Sequence record: LR990704
From: Escherichia phage vB_Eco_NR1
Length of the DNA: 64,000 nucleotides
Strand: one strand, 5' to 3'
Part shown: positions 54,105 through 63,882 of the stretch, piece after piece
Position numbering within the stretch: the stretch's first letter is position 1
Layout: every line of letters starts with the position of its first letter
Program-made: the position numbers and the translations under genes
The notes under the pieces: model-generated
The model's input: only the letters and a program-made list of their open reading frames with translations
What the model was told of the DNA's origin: nothing
Databases searched by the model: none

Positions 54105-57100
54105 ATGGCTACTTTAAAACAAATACAATTTAAAAGAAGCAAAACCGCAGGTGCACGTCCTGCTGCTTCAGTATTAGCCGAAGGTGAATTGGCTATAAAC
54201 TTAAAAGATAGAACACTTTTTACTAAAGATGATTCAGGAAATATCATTGATTTAAGCATTTCCACTGGCGGTAATATCAGTGGAAATATCACTCAAACTG
54301 GAGATTATTTACAGAACGGTACATATAATCTCAATGGAAATCAGTTTGTTTATGCAGGAAAATATATTGAATTTTTACCTAAAACTGCAGGTAATGGCGC
54401 TTGGGCAAATCAACACCTAAATAAAGCCCCTATTTTTACAGATTTAAGTTCAACTACTTCTACTTCAGAATACCATCCGCTAATTAAACAGCGTTATAAA
54501 GATGGGACTTTTTCTGTTGGTACGCTAGTAAACGAAGGAAGTTTTAAAATTCATTATATCAATGAATCGGGAACTTCAAAATACTGGACATTTCGTAGAG
54601 ATGGTGGATTTGTTGTTGATACAGGAAGTTTGACAGTAACAGATGGAAATATTTCTGCTTCTGGTAATATTAATTCGGCTACTGGGGTAGTTTCTGCGCC
54701 ACGTGTCAACACAAAAAATATTAACATAAGCACGAAAACCTTTATCCCGAATAATGACGCGGGTTATGACATTGTTTCTTTACCTACCTGGGTTTATAAC
54801 CCACCGGCCGATGGTTCCGACAATACTACAAATGGATTGAACTATTTGCGTAAATTACGTGCATCAAGCGCATCAAGTATTTTCCATGAAATTGTTGATT
54901 GTCGAAAAGGTAAGCCGCAAGAAATTTCTTGGTGGACTGGTGTAGGACCTTCGTCTTTCCAGTGGGCGTTTGATACCTCTGGACGTATTACTGCAGGTAA
55001 ATCTATTTCTGTAGGTCTTCCTGATAGTGGTACAAATGGTCGTTATCCTTTAGATTCTGCAATTTCTATTGGTATTGCGATTGGCGATAACGATACCGGT
55101 ATTAAATGGGTCCGCGATGGCGTTTATGACCTGATGGCTAACGGTATTTCATCTGCTACCATTTTGAATAATGGTATTAATAGTACTAAAAAATTGATGG
55201 TTGGTTATAGTCGAGATTCCGGTTCTACTTGGGATTTCCCAAATAATAACCAAGCAATGTTTACTGCGCGTACCGATGTTGATGGTAATAATAACGGCGA
55301 TGGACAGACTCATATCGGATATAGCAGCAATGCTAAGATGTATCACTATTTCCGTGGTACAGGTCGTATGTCCGTTAGTATGGGTGATGGGCTTCTTGTT
55401 GAGCCTGGCATTTTAGATATTAAAACCGGTTCTAATAGCGTTGCTATTAGAGCAGACGGAACAATTAACTCCACCCAGCGTATTTCTATGCGTACGGGCT
55501 TGTTTTTAAATGGTGATGATAATACTAATGCTTTATCGTTTAAAGCTCCTTCCGGTGTAGATGGTACCAAAACCATTAACTGGGATGCAGGTACTCGTAA
55601 TGGTCAGAATAAAAATACCGTAACCATTAAAGCATGGGGTAATTCATTTAACGCTGAAAAGGGTAATAGAGAAACTGTATTCGAAGTTTCAGATTCACAA
55701 GGTTATTATTTCTACGCTCAACGTACTAATCCTGCGTCAGGTCAAACAGTAGGTCCGGTTAACTTTAAATTTAACGGAACTGTCGAAACAGGCCATATCA
55801 TAGGCCTTGGTAATATAAGTGCCTCCGGTACAGGTTCTTTTGGTGGCAATGTTACTATGTCTAACGGTTTGTTTGTCCAAGGTGGTTCTTCTATTACAGG
55901 CCAAGTAAAAATTGGTGGAACAGCTGACGCATTAAGAATTTGGAATGCTGAATACGGCGCAATTTTCCGTCGTTCTGAAAGTAACTTTTATATTATTCCA
56001 ACTCTTAAAGATGCTGGAGAATCAGGTGGTATAAGTAATCTTAGACCATTGATAATAGAACTGAACACCGGCACAGTTAAAATGTCGCATGATGTTCATT
56101 TAGGAGATTCTGGATCTGGTACAGGATTATTACAAGTAAGTAATAGTCTTAAAACTATTAAAATGATATGTCCAGTAACTATTAATGAACGTAATGCAGC
56201 GCTTACTCTAGATTCTCCTTCATCTTCTTCTGCTAATTATTTACAAGGTTCTAAAGCTGGAATTAGATCGTGGTATGTTGGTCTTGGTGGCGCTGGAAGT
56301 GATTTATCGCTTTATAGTCAATCATATGGACACGGTCTTGTTATAAGCGATAATTTCGTGTCAATCAGTAAACCTCTTAAAGTCGGAAATGCCCAACTAG
56401 GAACTGACGGTAATATTACCAACGGTTCTGGTAATTTTGCTAACTTAAACACCACGCTAAATCGTAAAGTTAATTCTGGATTTATTACTTATGGAGCAAC
56501 TGCTGGATGGTATAAGTTTGCAACAGTAACAATGCCACAATCCACTTCTACGGTCTTCTTTAAAATAGCCGGTGGTTCTGGATTTAATAGTGGATTATTC
56601 ACACAATGCAATATTGCTGAAATTGTTTTACGTACTAGTAATGAAAGACCTGCTGACTTAAATGCTGTATTATACACAAGAACAATTGCAGCTGCATTTA
56701 AAAATATTGCAGTTAATAACGTCTCTGGAGATACATATGACATTTATGTTTATGCCGGAACATATTGCAATCAATTAACTTGTGAATGGTCATGTACCGA
56801 AAATGCTACTGTTAGCGTTATTGGTATTAACTCATCTACCCAATCACCTGTGGATGCTCTTCCAGATACAGCAGTTGATGGGCAAGTTGCTAATGTTCTT
56901 AATAACTTGGTTGATCGCGGCAAAGTTAAGCGTTATGAAGCCGATTCTGAAATAGCTATTAATAACCAAACTGGTATTCGTATTAGAAGCAACAGCGATA
57001 AAACTGGTTCTGTTGCTACAATGCTACGAAATGATGGCAGTAGTTTTTATATTCTGTTTACAGATAAAAATGCCACCGATGGCGAAGCAACTGTTAACGG

Positions 57101-57905
57101 TGATTGGAATAGTAAGCGTCCTTTCGCAATTAACTTAACAACAGGCGAAGTATTAATGAATAACGGCATAGCTGTTCGCAGTGCTGCTTTATTCTATAAT
57201 AGCATAAATGTCAAAGATAATGGTTCTATTAACTTTGATAAGTCTGGTGCTAACCCAAGAAATATGAGAATATTTCATGCTGGCGATGCTTCTCGTGGTA
57301 ACCGTATTGAAATTGCCGATGAAACTAACTATATTGCTTACTTTGAAAAAGCTCCAGGTGGAGCTAACCGCTTTGTAGTAAATAATGCTACTGTAGCTGG
57401 TGTTAACCAAATGAATTCATTTGGTATTAATATCAATAACGCACTTGGTGGAAATAGTATAGCATTTGGTGATAGCGATACTGGTATTAAGCAAAATGGC
57501 GATGGATTATTAGACATATATGCGAACAGCGTACAAGTATTCCGTTTCCAAAACGGTGATTTGTACTCATATAAAAATATAAATGCTCCAAACGTTTATA
57601 TTCGTTCTGATATTCGCTTAAAATCTAATTTCAAACCTATCGAAAATGCACTTGATAAAGTTGAAAAACTCAATGGTGTCATTTATGATAAAGCTGAATA
57701 CATCGGTGGAGAGGCAATTGAAACTGAAGCGGGTATTGTAGCTCAAACGTTACAAGACGTTTTACCAGAAGCCGTCCGTGAAACAGAAGACAGCAAGGGT
57801 AATAAAATACTCACTGTTTCTTCTCAAGCCCAGATTGCTCTTCTGGTTGAAGCTGTGAAAACGCTTTCTTCTCGTGTAAAAGAACTTGAATCTAAACTTA
57901 TGTAA
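54105..57905 (+). CDS. 37: long tail fibre distal subunit gp37 with C-terminal intramolecular chaperone-like domain
   Basis: 1266 aa; conserved N-terminus (MATLKQIQFKRSKTAGARPAAS..); C-terminal ..NAPNVYIRSDIRLKSNFKPIENALDKVEKLNGVIYDKAEY.. resembles self-cleaving chaperone domains. Confidence 0.93.
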   Translation: MATLKQIQFKRSKTAGARPAASVLAEGELAINLKDRTLFTKDDSGNIIDLSISTGGNISGNITQTGDYLQNGTYNLNGNQFVYAGKYIEFLPKTAGNGAWANQHLNKAPIFTDLSSTTSTSEYHPLIKQRYKDGTFSVGTLVNEGSFKIHYINESGTSKYWTFRRDGGFVVDTGSLTVTDGNISASGNINSATGVVSAPRVNTKNINISTKTFIPNNDAGYDIVSLPTWVYNPPADGSDNTTNGLNYLRKLRASSASSIFHEIVDCRKGKPQEISWWTGVGPSSFQWAFDTSGRITAGKSISVGLPDSGTNGRYPLDSAISIGIAIGDNDTGIKWVRDGVYDLMANGISSATILNNGINSTKKLMVGYSRDSGSTWDFPNNNQAMFTARTDVDGNNNGDGQTHIGYSSNAKMYHYFRGTGRMSVSMGDGLLVEPGILDIKTGSNSVAIRADGTINSTQRISMRTGLFLNGDDNTNALSFKAPSGVDGTKTINWDAGTRNGQNKNTVTIKAWGNSFNAEKGNRETVFEVSDSQGYYFYAQRTNPASGQTVGPVNFKFNGTVETGHIIGLGNISASGTGSFGGNVTMSNGLFVQGGSSITGQVKIGGTADALRIWNAEYGAIFRRSESNFYIIPTLKDAGESGGISNLRPLIIELNTGTVKMSHDVHLGDSGSGTGLLQVSNSLKTIKMICPVTINERNAALTLDSPSSSSANYLQGSKAGIRSWYVGLGGAGSDLSLYSQSYGHGLVISDNFVSISKPLKVGNAQLGTDGNITNGSGNFANLNTTLNRKVNSGFITYGATAGWYKFATVTMPQSTSTVFFKIAGGSGFNSGLFTQCNIAEIVLRTSNERPADLNAVLYTRTIAAAFKNIAVNNVSGDTYDIYVYAGTYCNQLTCEWSCTENATVSVIGINSSTQSPVDALPDTAVDGQVANVLNNLVDRGKVKRYEADSEIAINNQTGIRIRSNSDKTGSVATMLRNDGSSFYILFTDKNATDGEATVNGDWNSKRPFAINLTTGEVLMNNGIAVRSAALFYNSINVKDNGSINFDKSGANPRNMRIFHAGDASRGNRIEIADETNYIAYFEKAPGGANRFVVNNATVAGVNQMNSFGININNALGGNSIAFGDSDTGIKQNGDGLLDIYANSVQVFRFQNGDLYSYKNINAPNVYIRSDIRLKSNFKPIENALDKVEKLNGVIYDKAEYIGGEAIETEAGIVAQTLQDVLPEAVRETEDSKGNKILTVSSQAQIALLVEAVKTLSSRVKELESKLM

Positions 57906-57907
57906 AA

Positions 57908-57935
57908 GAGGGCTTCGGCCCTCTAAGGATTTTTA
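57908..57935 (+). terminator. stem-loop after gene 37
   Basis: AGAGGGC-TTCG-GCCCTCT stem-loop, short T-tract, directly before the gene 38 start. Confidence 0.55.
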
Positions 57936-58721
57936 ATGGCAATTGTAGGTGTTCCTGGCTGGATTGGTGAATCTGCCGTGAATGAAACTGGACAGCGTTG
58001 GATGGATGCTGCGATGAGAGCAGTTCGTGTTTCAGTTCCTGGTTGGATGAGCTCAATGGCTGGGCAATCTAAAGAAGTATATTATAGCATTGGTGCTAGC
58101 AATTCTTACAATAAAGACACACTAATAAATTGGATAAAAGCCCAAGGAAGTACTCCTGTTGTTATTACTATTACAGGAAATATCGTTTCTTCATCGACAG
58201 GTCAACCATGCTTAGATTTTCCTAGCTCATTAACTAATGCATACGTGACACTTAATATCAATTCAGGCGTGCATGTTTGGGGTCGCGGCGGGAATGGTGG
58301 AAATAACTCTGCTGGCGGAGCAGGAGGAACTGCAATAAATAACGGAATTGGAACTAGATTACGTATTAATAACAATGGTGTTATCGCAGGTGGCGGTGGC
58401 GGCGGTGGCGGCGGATACTACTCTCCTTTTTCACAAATGAGATTGACTTTTGGCGGTGGAGGTGGTCGTCCATTTGGTGCTGCTGGTGGGTCTGCTAATA
58501 TGGAACAGGGTGCTACTGCTGGTACTATTTCTGCGCCCGGTAAAGGGTCTGTCAATGGTATCTATAATGGCGGGAATGGTGGTGATGCCGGTGCCGCAGG
58601 AGGTAAATGTAATATTCGCGGTCAAGGATCAGAATATAACGGCGGCGCTGCTGGTAAAGCTGTTACTGGTAATGCTCCAACTTGGACTAAAGTTGGCACA
58701 ATATATGGTTCAAGAGTATAA
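57936..58721 (+). CDS. 38: gp38 receptor-recognising adhesin (T2-type) with glycine-rich motifs
   Basis: 261 aa; conserved N-terminus MAIVGVPGWIGESAVNETGQRWM..; glycine-rich motifs and a G9 run separating variable segments. Confidence 0.88.
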   Translation: MAIVGVPGWIGESAVNETGQRWMDAAMRAVRVSVPGWMSSMAGQSKEVYYSIGASNSYNKDTLINWIKAQGSTPVVITITGNIVSSSTGQPCLDFPSSLTNAYVTLNINSGVHVWGRGGNGGNNSAGGAGGTAINNGIGTRLRINNNGVIAGGGGGGGGGYYSPFSQMRLTFGGGGGRPFGAAGGSANMEQGATAGTISAPGKGSVNGIYNGGNGGDAGAAGGKCNIRGQGSEYNGGAAGKAVTGNAPTWTKVGTIYGSRV

Positions 58722-58753
58722 TTTTTGAATAAATATCCTTAAAAGGAGGGTCT

Positions 58754-59410
58754 ATGGCAGCACCTAGAATATCATTTTCGCCCTCTGATATTCTATTTGG
58801 TGTTCTAGATCGCTTGTTCAAAGATAACGCTACCGGGAAAGTTCTTGCTTCCCGGGTAGCTGTCGTAATTCTTTTATTTATGATGGCGATTGTTTGGTAT
58901 AGGGGAGATAGTTTCTTTGAGTACTATAAGCAATCAAAGTATGAAACATACAGTGAAATTATTGAAAAGGAAAGAAATGCACGCTTTGAATCTGTCGCCC
59001 TGGAACAACTCCAGATAGTTCATATATCATCTGAGGCAGACTTTAGTGCGGTGTATTCTTTCCGCCCTAAAAACTTAAACTATTTTGTTGATATTATAGC
59101 ATACGAAGGAAGATTACCTTCAACAATAACTGAAAAATCACTTGGAGGATATCCTGTTGATAAAACTATGGATGAATATATAGTTCATTTAAATGGACGT
59201 CATTATTATTCTGACTCAAAATTTGCTTTTTTACCAACTAAAAAGCCTACTCCCGAAATAAACTACATGTACAGTTGTCCATATTTTAATTTGGATAATA
59301 TCTATGCTGGAACGATAACCATGTACTGGTATAGAAATGATCATATAAGTAATGACCGCCTTGAATCAATATGCGCTCAGGCGGCCAGAATATTAGGAAG
59401 GGCTAAATAA
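58754..59410 (+). CDS. t: holin T
   Basis: 218 aa; MAAPRISFSPSDILFGVLDRLF.. with a single transmembrane helix. Confidence 0.95.
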   Translation: MAAPRISFSPSDILFGVLDRLFKDNATGKVLASRVAVVILLFMMAIVWYRGDSFFEYYKQSKYETYSEIIEKERNARFESVALEQLQIVHISSEADFSAVYSFRPKNLNYFVDIIAYEGRLPSTITEKSLGGYPVDKTMDEYIVHLNGRHYYSDSKFAFLPTKKPTPEINYMYSCPYFNLDNIYAGTITMYWYRNDHISNDRLESICAQAARILGRAK

Positions 59411-59683
59411 TTATTTGTTCGTATACATCTCTAGATATCGATATACACCCTCAAAACCCTCGTTGAATTCGTCGATGAGGGTTTTCTTATCTTCTTGAGT
59501 TAATTCAGAAACAATTTTACGGAATGAATTCTGATTTAATTTTCTACCTTCATGCGTTACTCCAATCTCATTCAGAAATGCAATAAAATTAGCACGATTC
59601 TCAACAATATCTTCTCTGGAAAATTTAATCAAAATAGACGCAACAGTAATAATTTCACGAACTGTATCAATATTTTTATTCAT
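59411..59683 (-). CDS. asiA: anti-sigma70 factor AsiA
   Basis: 90 aa; MNKNIDTVREIITVASILIKFSRED.. Confidence 0.95.
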   Translation of the reverse strand: MNKNIDTVREIITVASILIKFSREDIVENRANFIAFLNEIGVTHEGRKLNQNSFRKIVSELTQEDKKTLIDEFNEGFEGVYRYLEMYTNK

Positions 59684-59695
59684 TAACTATACCAC

Positions 59696-59848
59696 TCAAT
59701 TAGTTGACTTTGTTATAATATCATCAGACGCTTGATTTGTAAACTGGTCTGTGTTATTTTCTTCAAAAATTTTTTCTACGAATTCCTTGAACGACTTACG
59801 TTCCTGAGCTACATTATGCTCGATTACCTTTTCAAGATTATGACTCAT
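59696..59848 (-). CDS. small ORF, 50 aa (asiA.1-like position)
   Basis: Hand-translated MSHNLEKVIEHNVAQERKSF..; ATGA overlap with the arn stop; contains the predicted asiA early promoter. Confidence 0.4.
   Translation of the reverse strand: MSHNLEKVIEHNVAQERKSFKEFVEKIFEENNTDQFTNQASDDIITKSTN
59715..59744 (-). promoter_or_regulatory. sigma70-type early promoter for asiA
   Basis: Minus strand GTTTACA, about 17 nt, TATTAT, roughly 30 nt upstream of the asiA ATG. Confidence 0.5.
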
Positions 59849-60123
59849 TCGAAATAATCTTCAATTTCATAATCATGGACATAAATCATTATAGTTTTTA
59901 ATACATCATCGATACTTTTTCCTGGAGCTGGAATTACGTAAAAATATCCTGCTTTTGAGAGGTCTTTATAAGTTCCAATCAAGAAATCATTATTCTCGAG
60001 ATGTAGTTCTTCAACTAATTCATTAACAATTGAGTGGTATAAATTTGGTAGAAACTTATATAGCTTTTCTAGAATATCAATTTTGATTGTGTATTGAACC
60101 ACGGATTGAGAATCAATAATCAT
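59845..60123 (-). CDS. arn: anti-restriction nuclease Arn (McrBC inhibitor)
   Basis: 92 aa acidic protein; MIIDSQSVVQYTIKIDILEKLY.. Confidence 0.88.
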   Translation of the reverse strand: MIIDSQSVVQYTIKIDILEKLYKFLPNLYHSIVNELVEELHLENNDFLIGTYKDLSKAGYFYVIPAPGKSIDDVLKTIMIYVHDYEIEDYFE

Positions 60124-60206
60124 AGACCTTCCCCTTATGTTTCTGTTTGCGATTAGATTCTTTAAACGCTTTCTTCTTATCCTTATGGACAGAAGCTTTA
60201 TTAAAA

Positions 60207-60425
60207 TTATGTTTTGCGACTAAATTGTTCATAGTGCTGAATTACCTCTCTTAAACACTTGCATGTGAATGAAAACTTTTTAGCTACACCACATTCAAAT
60301 ATATGTTCTCTTAAATCGCGTGTATCAGTATATCCCATCTCAACAATAAAATGCCGTATTAGATTTTTATCTTTATCATTGAGAGAATTAAAATAATCAG
60401 ATTTTGAATTAATTTCCCTGGCCAA
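60207..60425 (-). CDS. hypothetical protein, 72 aa (arn.x cluster)
   Basis: ORF. Confidence 0.6.
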   Translation of the reverse strand: MAREINSKSDYFNSLNDKDKNLIRHFIVEMGYTDTRDLREHIFECGVAKKFSFTCKCLREVIQHYEQFSRKT

Positions 60426-60705
60426 ATTGAATCACCTTCAGTTGACGTTTTAACTCTTTTATCATCTCTTCGTTCATCGCAATATAAAGATCGCGTAGAG
60501 CAGGTTTTAGCATTCCATTTACCGGAGAACTAAATGGGCATACATAATCTTTTCCTACAAGCTTTTTGGTGAATTCCATATTACAGAACTTAAATCCCGG
60601 CTCATTGGTATAAATTCCCCAATTAGTTGACATCATTTTATTAGCATATTCCAGCGCCTGGATTTGATTCATAATTCCATCAATTTGAAACTTTTTAATA
60701 TTCAT
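60409..60705 (-). CDS. hypothetical protein, 98 aa (arn.x cluster)
   Basis: ORF. Confidence 0.65.
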   Translation of the reverse strand: MNIKKFQIDGIMNQIQALEYANKMMSTNWGIYTNEPGFKFCNMEFTKKLVGKDYVCPFSSPVNGMLKPALRDLYIAMNEEMIKELKRQLKVIQFGQGN

Positions 60706-61166
60706 TAGTAAAGGTCCTCAGAGTAAAGCTCTTTTTCATTACCACCACGTTCAATACGTACTTGTCCAGCGTAAGTTGCAATAATCATTGCTTCTTCACG
60801 CGTCCAATAATTACTATATTGATCAATAAACCCTTGGTCATCATCACAAACTTGTTGAGTAACTAATTGAGGTTTAACTACATCTAAAACTTCTGCCATA
60901 TCTTTAGAATAATGACGAGCACCTGGAATAATAAGAGTTCGTCCATCTTTTAATTTAAAACGATTAGCTGCACAGACAATTCGTCGTTGATACTTTTGGT
61001 TTTCATCCCAATACACAGTCTGCCAACAGATTTCAGGAACTTCATCTAAAACATTTTGTTCTGTATATTCACCACCGTAAGAAGCTAATTTAGCAGCCAG
61101 ACTTTCCGGAGTCTCACGAGATAAAGCTTTATCTAACAGAGCTAAACGTTCTTTAAAAGTTTTCAT
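60705..61166 (-). CDS. hypothetical protein, 153 aa (arn.x cluster)
   Basis: ORF with start/stop coupling to neighbours. Confidence 0.7.
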   Translation of the reverse strand: MKTFKERLALLDKALSRETPESLAAKLASYGGEYTEQNVLDEVPEICWQTVYWDENQKYQRRIVCAANRFKLKDGRTLIIPGARHYSKDMAEVLDVVKPQLVTQQVCDDDQGFIDQYSNYWTREEAMIIATYAGQVRIERGGNEKELYSEDLY

Positions 61167-61492
61167 TTAAACCATCCTTTAATACGTTGCCACAAAGTTT
61201 TCTGTTGAGCTTTGTTAACACCAATTGAACGAATAACCGGTTGAGATTCCTGGAATTCTTTATAATCGGCAAGGTAAATTTCGTAAGCTGCATCTGTAAA
61301 GGAACTTATCGCTGCCATGAAATTATTGCGAATACCTACTGGAGCATCTTTACTTTCACGAATAATCATGTATTTACCAGTCTTAATCTTTACGATAGTT
61401 CCAAGATAAGCTCCGTGGTACCAGATGTCCCAACCCTCTTGAGTAGGTTCTGCACAACGACGAAGTTCATTAACAATTTCTAACTTGTTCAT
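61163..61492 (-). CDS. hypothetical protein, 109 aa (arn.x cluster)
   Basis: ORF. Confidence 0.7.
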   Translation of the reverse strand: MNKLEIVNELRRCAEPTQEGWDIWYHGAYLGTIVKIKTGKYMIIRESKDAPVGIRNNFMAAISSFTDAAYEIYLADYKEFQESQPVIRSIGVNKAQQKTLWQRIKGWFK

Positions 61493-61502
61493 TATTTATT
61501 CC

Positions 61503-62138
61503 TCACAGTTCAGATGCTACAGTGATTACTGCTTCAATGTTTTCTACCGAGCGTTTAATGTCAAGATACACATTACCGTTTTTAGCGATTTTACATGACA
61601 TTCCGATGTCAGTAAATTTCTGAATATGATGTTCCATCATTTTGTATCCAAAAATTCGCATGTTTCCATTGTTGTTAATTTCAAAATTACGAATTCCGTG
61701 AGTGCGTTTTTCTAAAATGGCAAGATAATTACTACGATAAGTTTCAACCTTTTTAAGAACAAATCCATTTTCATCTAAAAGTTTTAACATGAGGTCTTTA
61801 TCTTCTTCCATATCGGAAGTAATCTCGCGAGCTTTACGAGTTGCTCGTTTTTTCAGTAGTTCCGGAGCATTTTCCTGTGCATATAAAGTTGCTGCATTTG
61901 AAATAATATCCTGAGCTTCACCAGTAATGATTAATCCATCACCAGATTTCTCCACCAGGCCTTTTTTAATCAATACCCCAATATTACTATTAACTACTGC
62001 GTTACCTAAATCTGGATGCACCTCACGAACTTCTGCAGCTGTAATGAAATCTTTCTTAGCAATAGTAATTAAAATCGCAGCAGTTTTTTCATTCAGAACA
62101 TCGTTAGAAGCTTTGATGATGTAAGTTACTTTAGACAT
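61503..62138 (-). CDS. motA: middle transcription activator MotA
   Basis: 211 aa; MSKVTYIIKASNDVLNEKTAAIL.. Confidence 0.95.
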   Translation of the reverse strand: MSKVTYIIKASNDVLNEKTAAILITIAKKDFITAAEVREVHPDLGNAVVNSNIGVLIKKGLVEKSGDGLIITGEAQDIISNAATLYAQENAPELLKKRATRKAREITSDMEEDKDLMLKLLDENGFVLKKVETYRSNYLAILEKRTHGIRNFEINNNGNMRIFGYKMMEHHIQKFTDIGMSCKIAKNGNVYLDIKRSVENIEAVITVASEL

Positions 62139-62235
62139 TTTCTAATCTCCGTAATTCTGTATCAGTAGTTGATAGTTGTATAGTACCACAGTATGCTTTG
62201 GTTGTAAACCGTTTTGTGAAAAAAAAAAAATTTTG

Positions 62236-62266
62236 AAATAAAAAAGGGAGAGCCTCGGCTCTCCCT
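62236..62266 (-). terminator. intrinsic terminator after the small membrane-peptide gene
   Basis: GGGAGAGCC-GAG-GGCUCUCCC stem-loop followed by a long U-rich tract on the minus strand. Confidence 0.85.
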
Positions 62267-62270
62267 AAAA

Positions 62271-62420
62271 TTACTGCATGACTGTGATAACTGTCATGAT
62301 AACACGTTGAATGCCGAACGCAAGAAGACCTCCTGCTACGGCTGGAACAACACCTACCCCCGCTAGTAAAATGCTACCAGATACTAATGCAGCGCTTGTA
62401 ATACCAATGAATGGACTCAT
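62271..62420 (-). CDS. small hydrophobic membrane peptide, 49 aa
   Basis: Hand-translated MSPFIGITSAALVSGSILLAGVGVVPAVAGGLLAFGIQRVIMTVITVMQ; ATGA overlap with gene 52 stop; strong terminator downstream; not in the ORF track. Confidence 0.5.
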   Translation of the reverse strand: MSPFIGITSAALVSGSILLAGVGVVPAVAGGLLAFGIQRVIMTVITVMQ

Positions 62421-63745
62421 TTGATTTCCTCTAAATCTTTGGTGTATTCGGTAACTACATCAGTAGTTTTCCAATATTCGTTTTCTTCTTTTTTAGCTTT
62501 AGCTTCTTCATCAAGTTTCTTTGCTTCATCGGAAGTCATATGAAAAATATTCATTCCAACTAGTTTATCAACATAAGAAGAATACATATCGATTTTCGAA
62601 AGTTCTTCGGTCAGTTCTTTACGAGTTTTACCCTGTACAACGATTTCACCTGAAATTACTTTCTTAATGAAATGTGCTTTGGCAAAGGCTAAACGAAAAG
62701 CTGACTCAGTTTCTTTAATTTTGTTATCAATTCGTTTTTGGACATAAGTTTTACGAACTTCAACAAAGTCTTTAATTAAATCAACTACGTTATCGTAAAC
62801 TTGTAGTTTTCCTTTCTCATTAATAACCGTAATATTCTGAGAACGACGCTCAATCAACCCGAAGTCTTTCATAATTTTTGCATGGCGTTCTTCTTCGTTA
62901 TCGCCCAAAGAGTATTCTTTGCGGAATTTAACTTTGAAGCCAAAACCGTGCTCACCGCAAGCATCATCCCATGTAATGAAGCCTTTATCTTCAAGTGGGT
63001 CTAAGATTTTACTCACGTAAGTTTCACGATCATACTTATATGGAATCTCAGTGATATGCATTTGAGTTCGTGAAGTAAACTTATATGTTCCACGAATTTC
63101 ATACTGCCCATCAATTTCAACGACTTCACCACGAAATTCTGGGAATTCTACCTTCGGTTTAGTTACTTTCTTTCCTTGAAGAGCTTGCAGTACAGCTTTC
63201 TTGACAGAAGAAACACTATGAGGAAGAATGTAAGTTGCATAACCAGTTGCAATACCGGAAACACCATTAAGAAGAACAGTAGGAATAATAGGCAAATAGA
63301 AAGCAGGCGGAATGTGTTCTTTATCTTGATGTACCGGAGCATATTCAGTATCTTTATATACGTTATAGAAATTTTTACTTACACGAGCAAAAATATAACG
63401 ACTAGCTGCTGCCTTTTGGACAGTACGAGAACCGAAGTTTCCTTGACCATCTAACAAAGGAAAGTTATTATTCCAAGTATTAGCCATCAAAGCCCCTGCA
63501 TCTTGTGCAGAGTTTTCACCATGGTGATATCCAAGGTCCGCTACACCACCTGCAATAGAAGCAAGTTTGTGAAACTTATCTTTATTTCCTCGTGCCAAAT
63601 CAAGAGCTCGAGCAATAACAAATCGTTGAACTGGCTTAAATCCATCAATCATATTTGGAATAGCACGATTTTCAACCGTGTACATAGCATAAGCCAATGC
63701 TTCATTATCAATGATACTTTTTAAATCGCGATTATTCAGTTGCAT
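62417..63745 (-). CDS. 52: DNA topoisomerase II medium subunit gp52
   Basis: 442 aa; MQLNNRDLKSIIDNEALAYAMYTVENRAIP.. Confidence 0.95.
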   Translation of the reverse strand: MQLNNRDLKSIIDNEALAYAMYTVENRAIPNMIDGFKPVQRFVIARALDLARGNKDKFHKLASIAGGVADLGYHHGENSAQDAGALMANTWNNNFPLLDGQGNFGSRTVQKAAASRYIFARVSKNFYNVYKDTEYAPVHQDKEHIPPAFYLPIIPTVLLNGVSGIATGYATYILPHSVSSVKKAVLQALQGKKVTKPKVEFPEFRGEVVEIDGQYEIRGTYKFTSRTQMHITEIPYKYDRETYVSKILDPLEDKGFITWDDACGEHGFGFKVKFRKEYSLGDNEEERHAKIMKDFGLIERRSQNITVINEKGKLQVYDNVVDLIKDFVEVRKTYVQKRIDNKIKETESAFRLAFAKAHFIKKVISGEIVVQGKTRKELTEELSKIDMYSSYVDKLVGMNIFHMTSDEAKKLDEEAKAKKEENEYWKTTDVVTEYTKDLEEIK

Positions 63746-63882
63746 AAATTTACCATACTAGTGAATGTAGTGCCATAATAACATCAGAAATGAAAAGCAC
63801 GACTTGAATCAATCCGAACATTACTCCATAATATAGTGCTACTAATAAAGTAGCAAGGGCTAATGAATAGCCCAAGATTTTC

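Noticed and set aside
58278-58640. Repetitive GGN-rich DNA in gene 38 as a possible CRISPR-like or satellite repeat
   Set aside because: It is in frame within a long ORF and encodes the glycine-rich motifs of the adhesin; there is no repeat-spacer periodicity.
60113-60232. Highly basic 39 aa minus-strand ORF overlapping the arn start and the end of the 72 aa ORF
   Set aside because: Out of frame with both neighbours, the putative SD is 11 nt from the ATG, and the K-rich composition is what an A-rich region gives by chance; retained only as a low-priority candidate.
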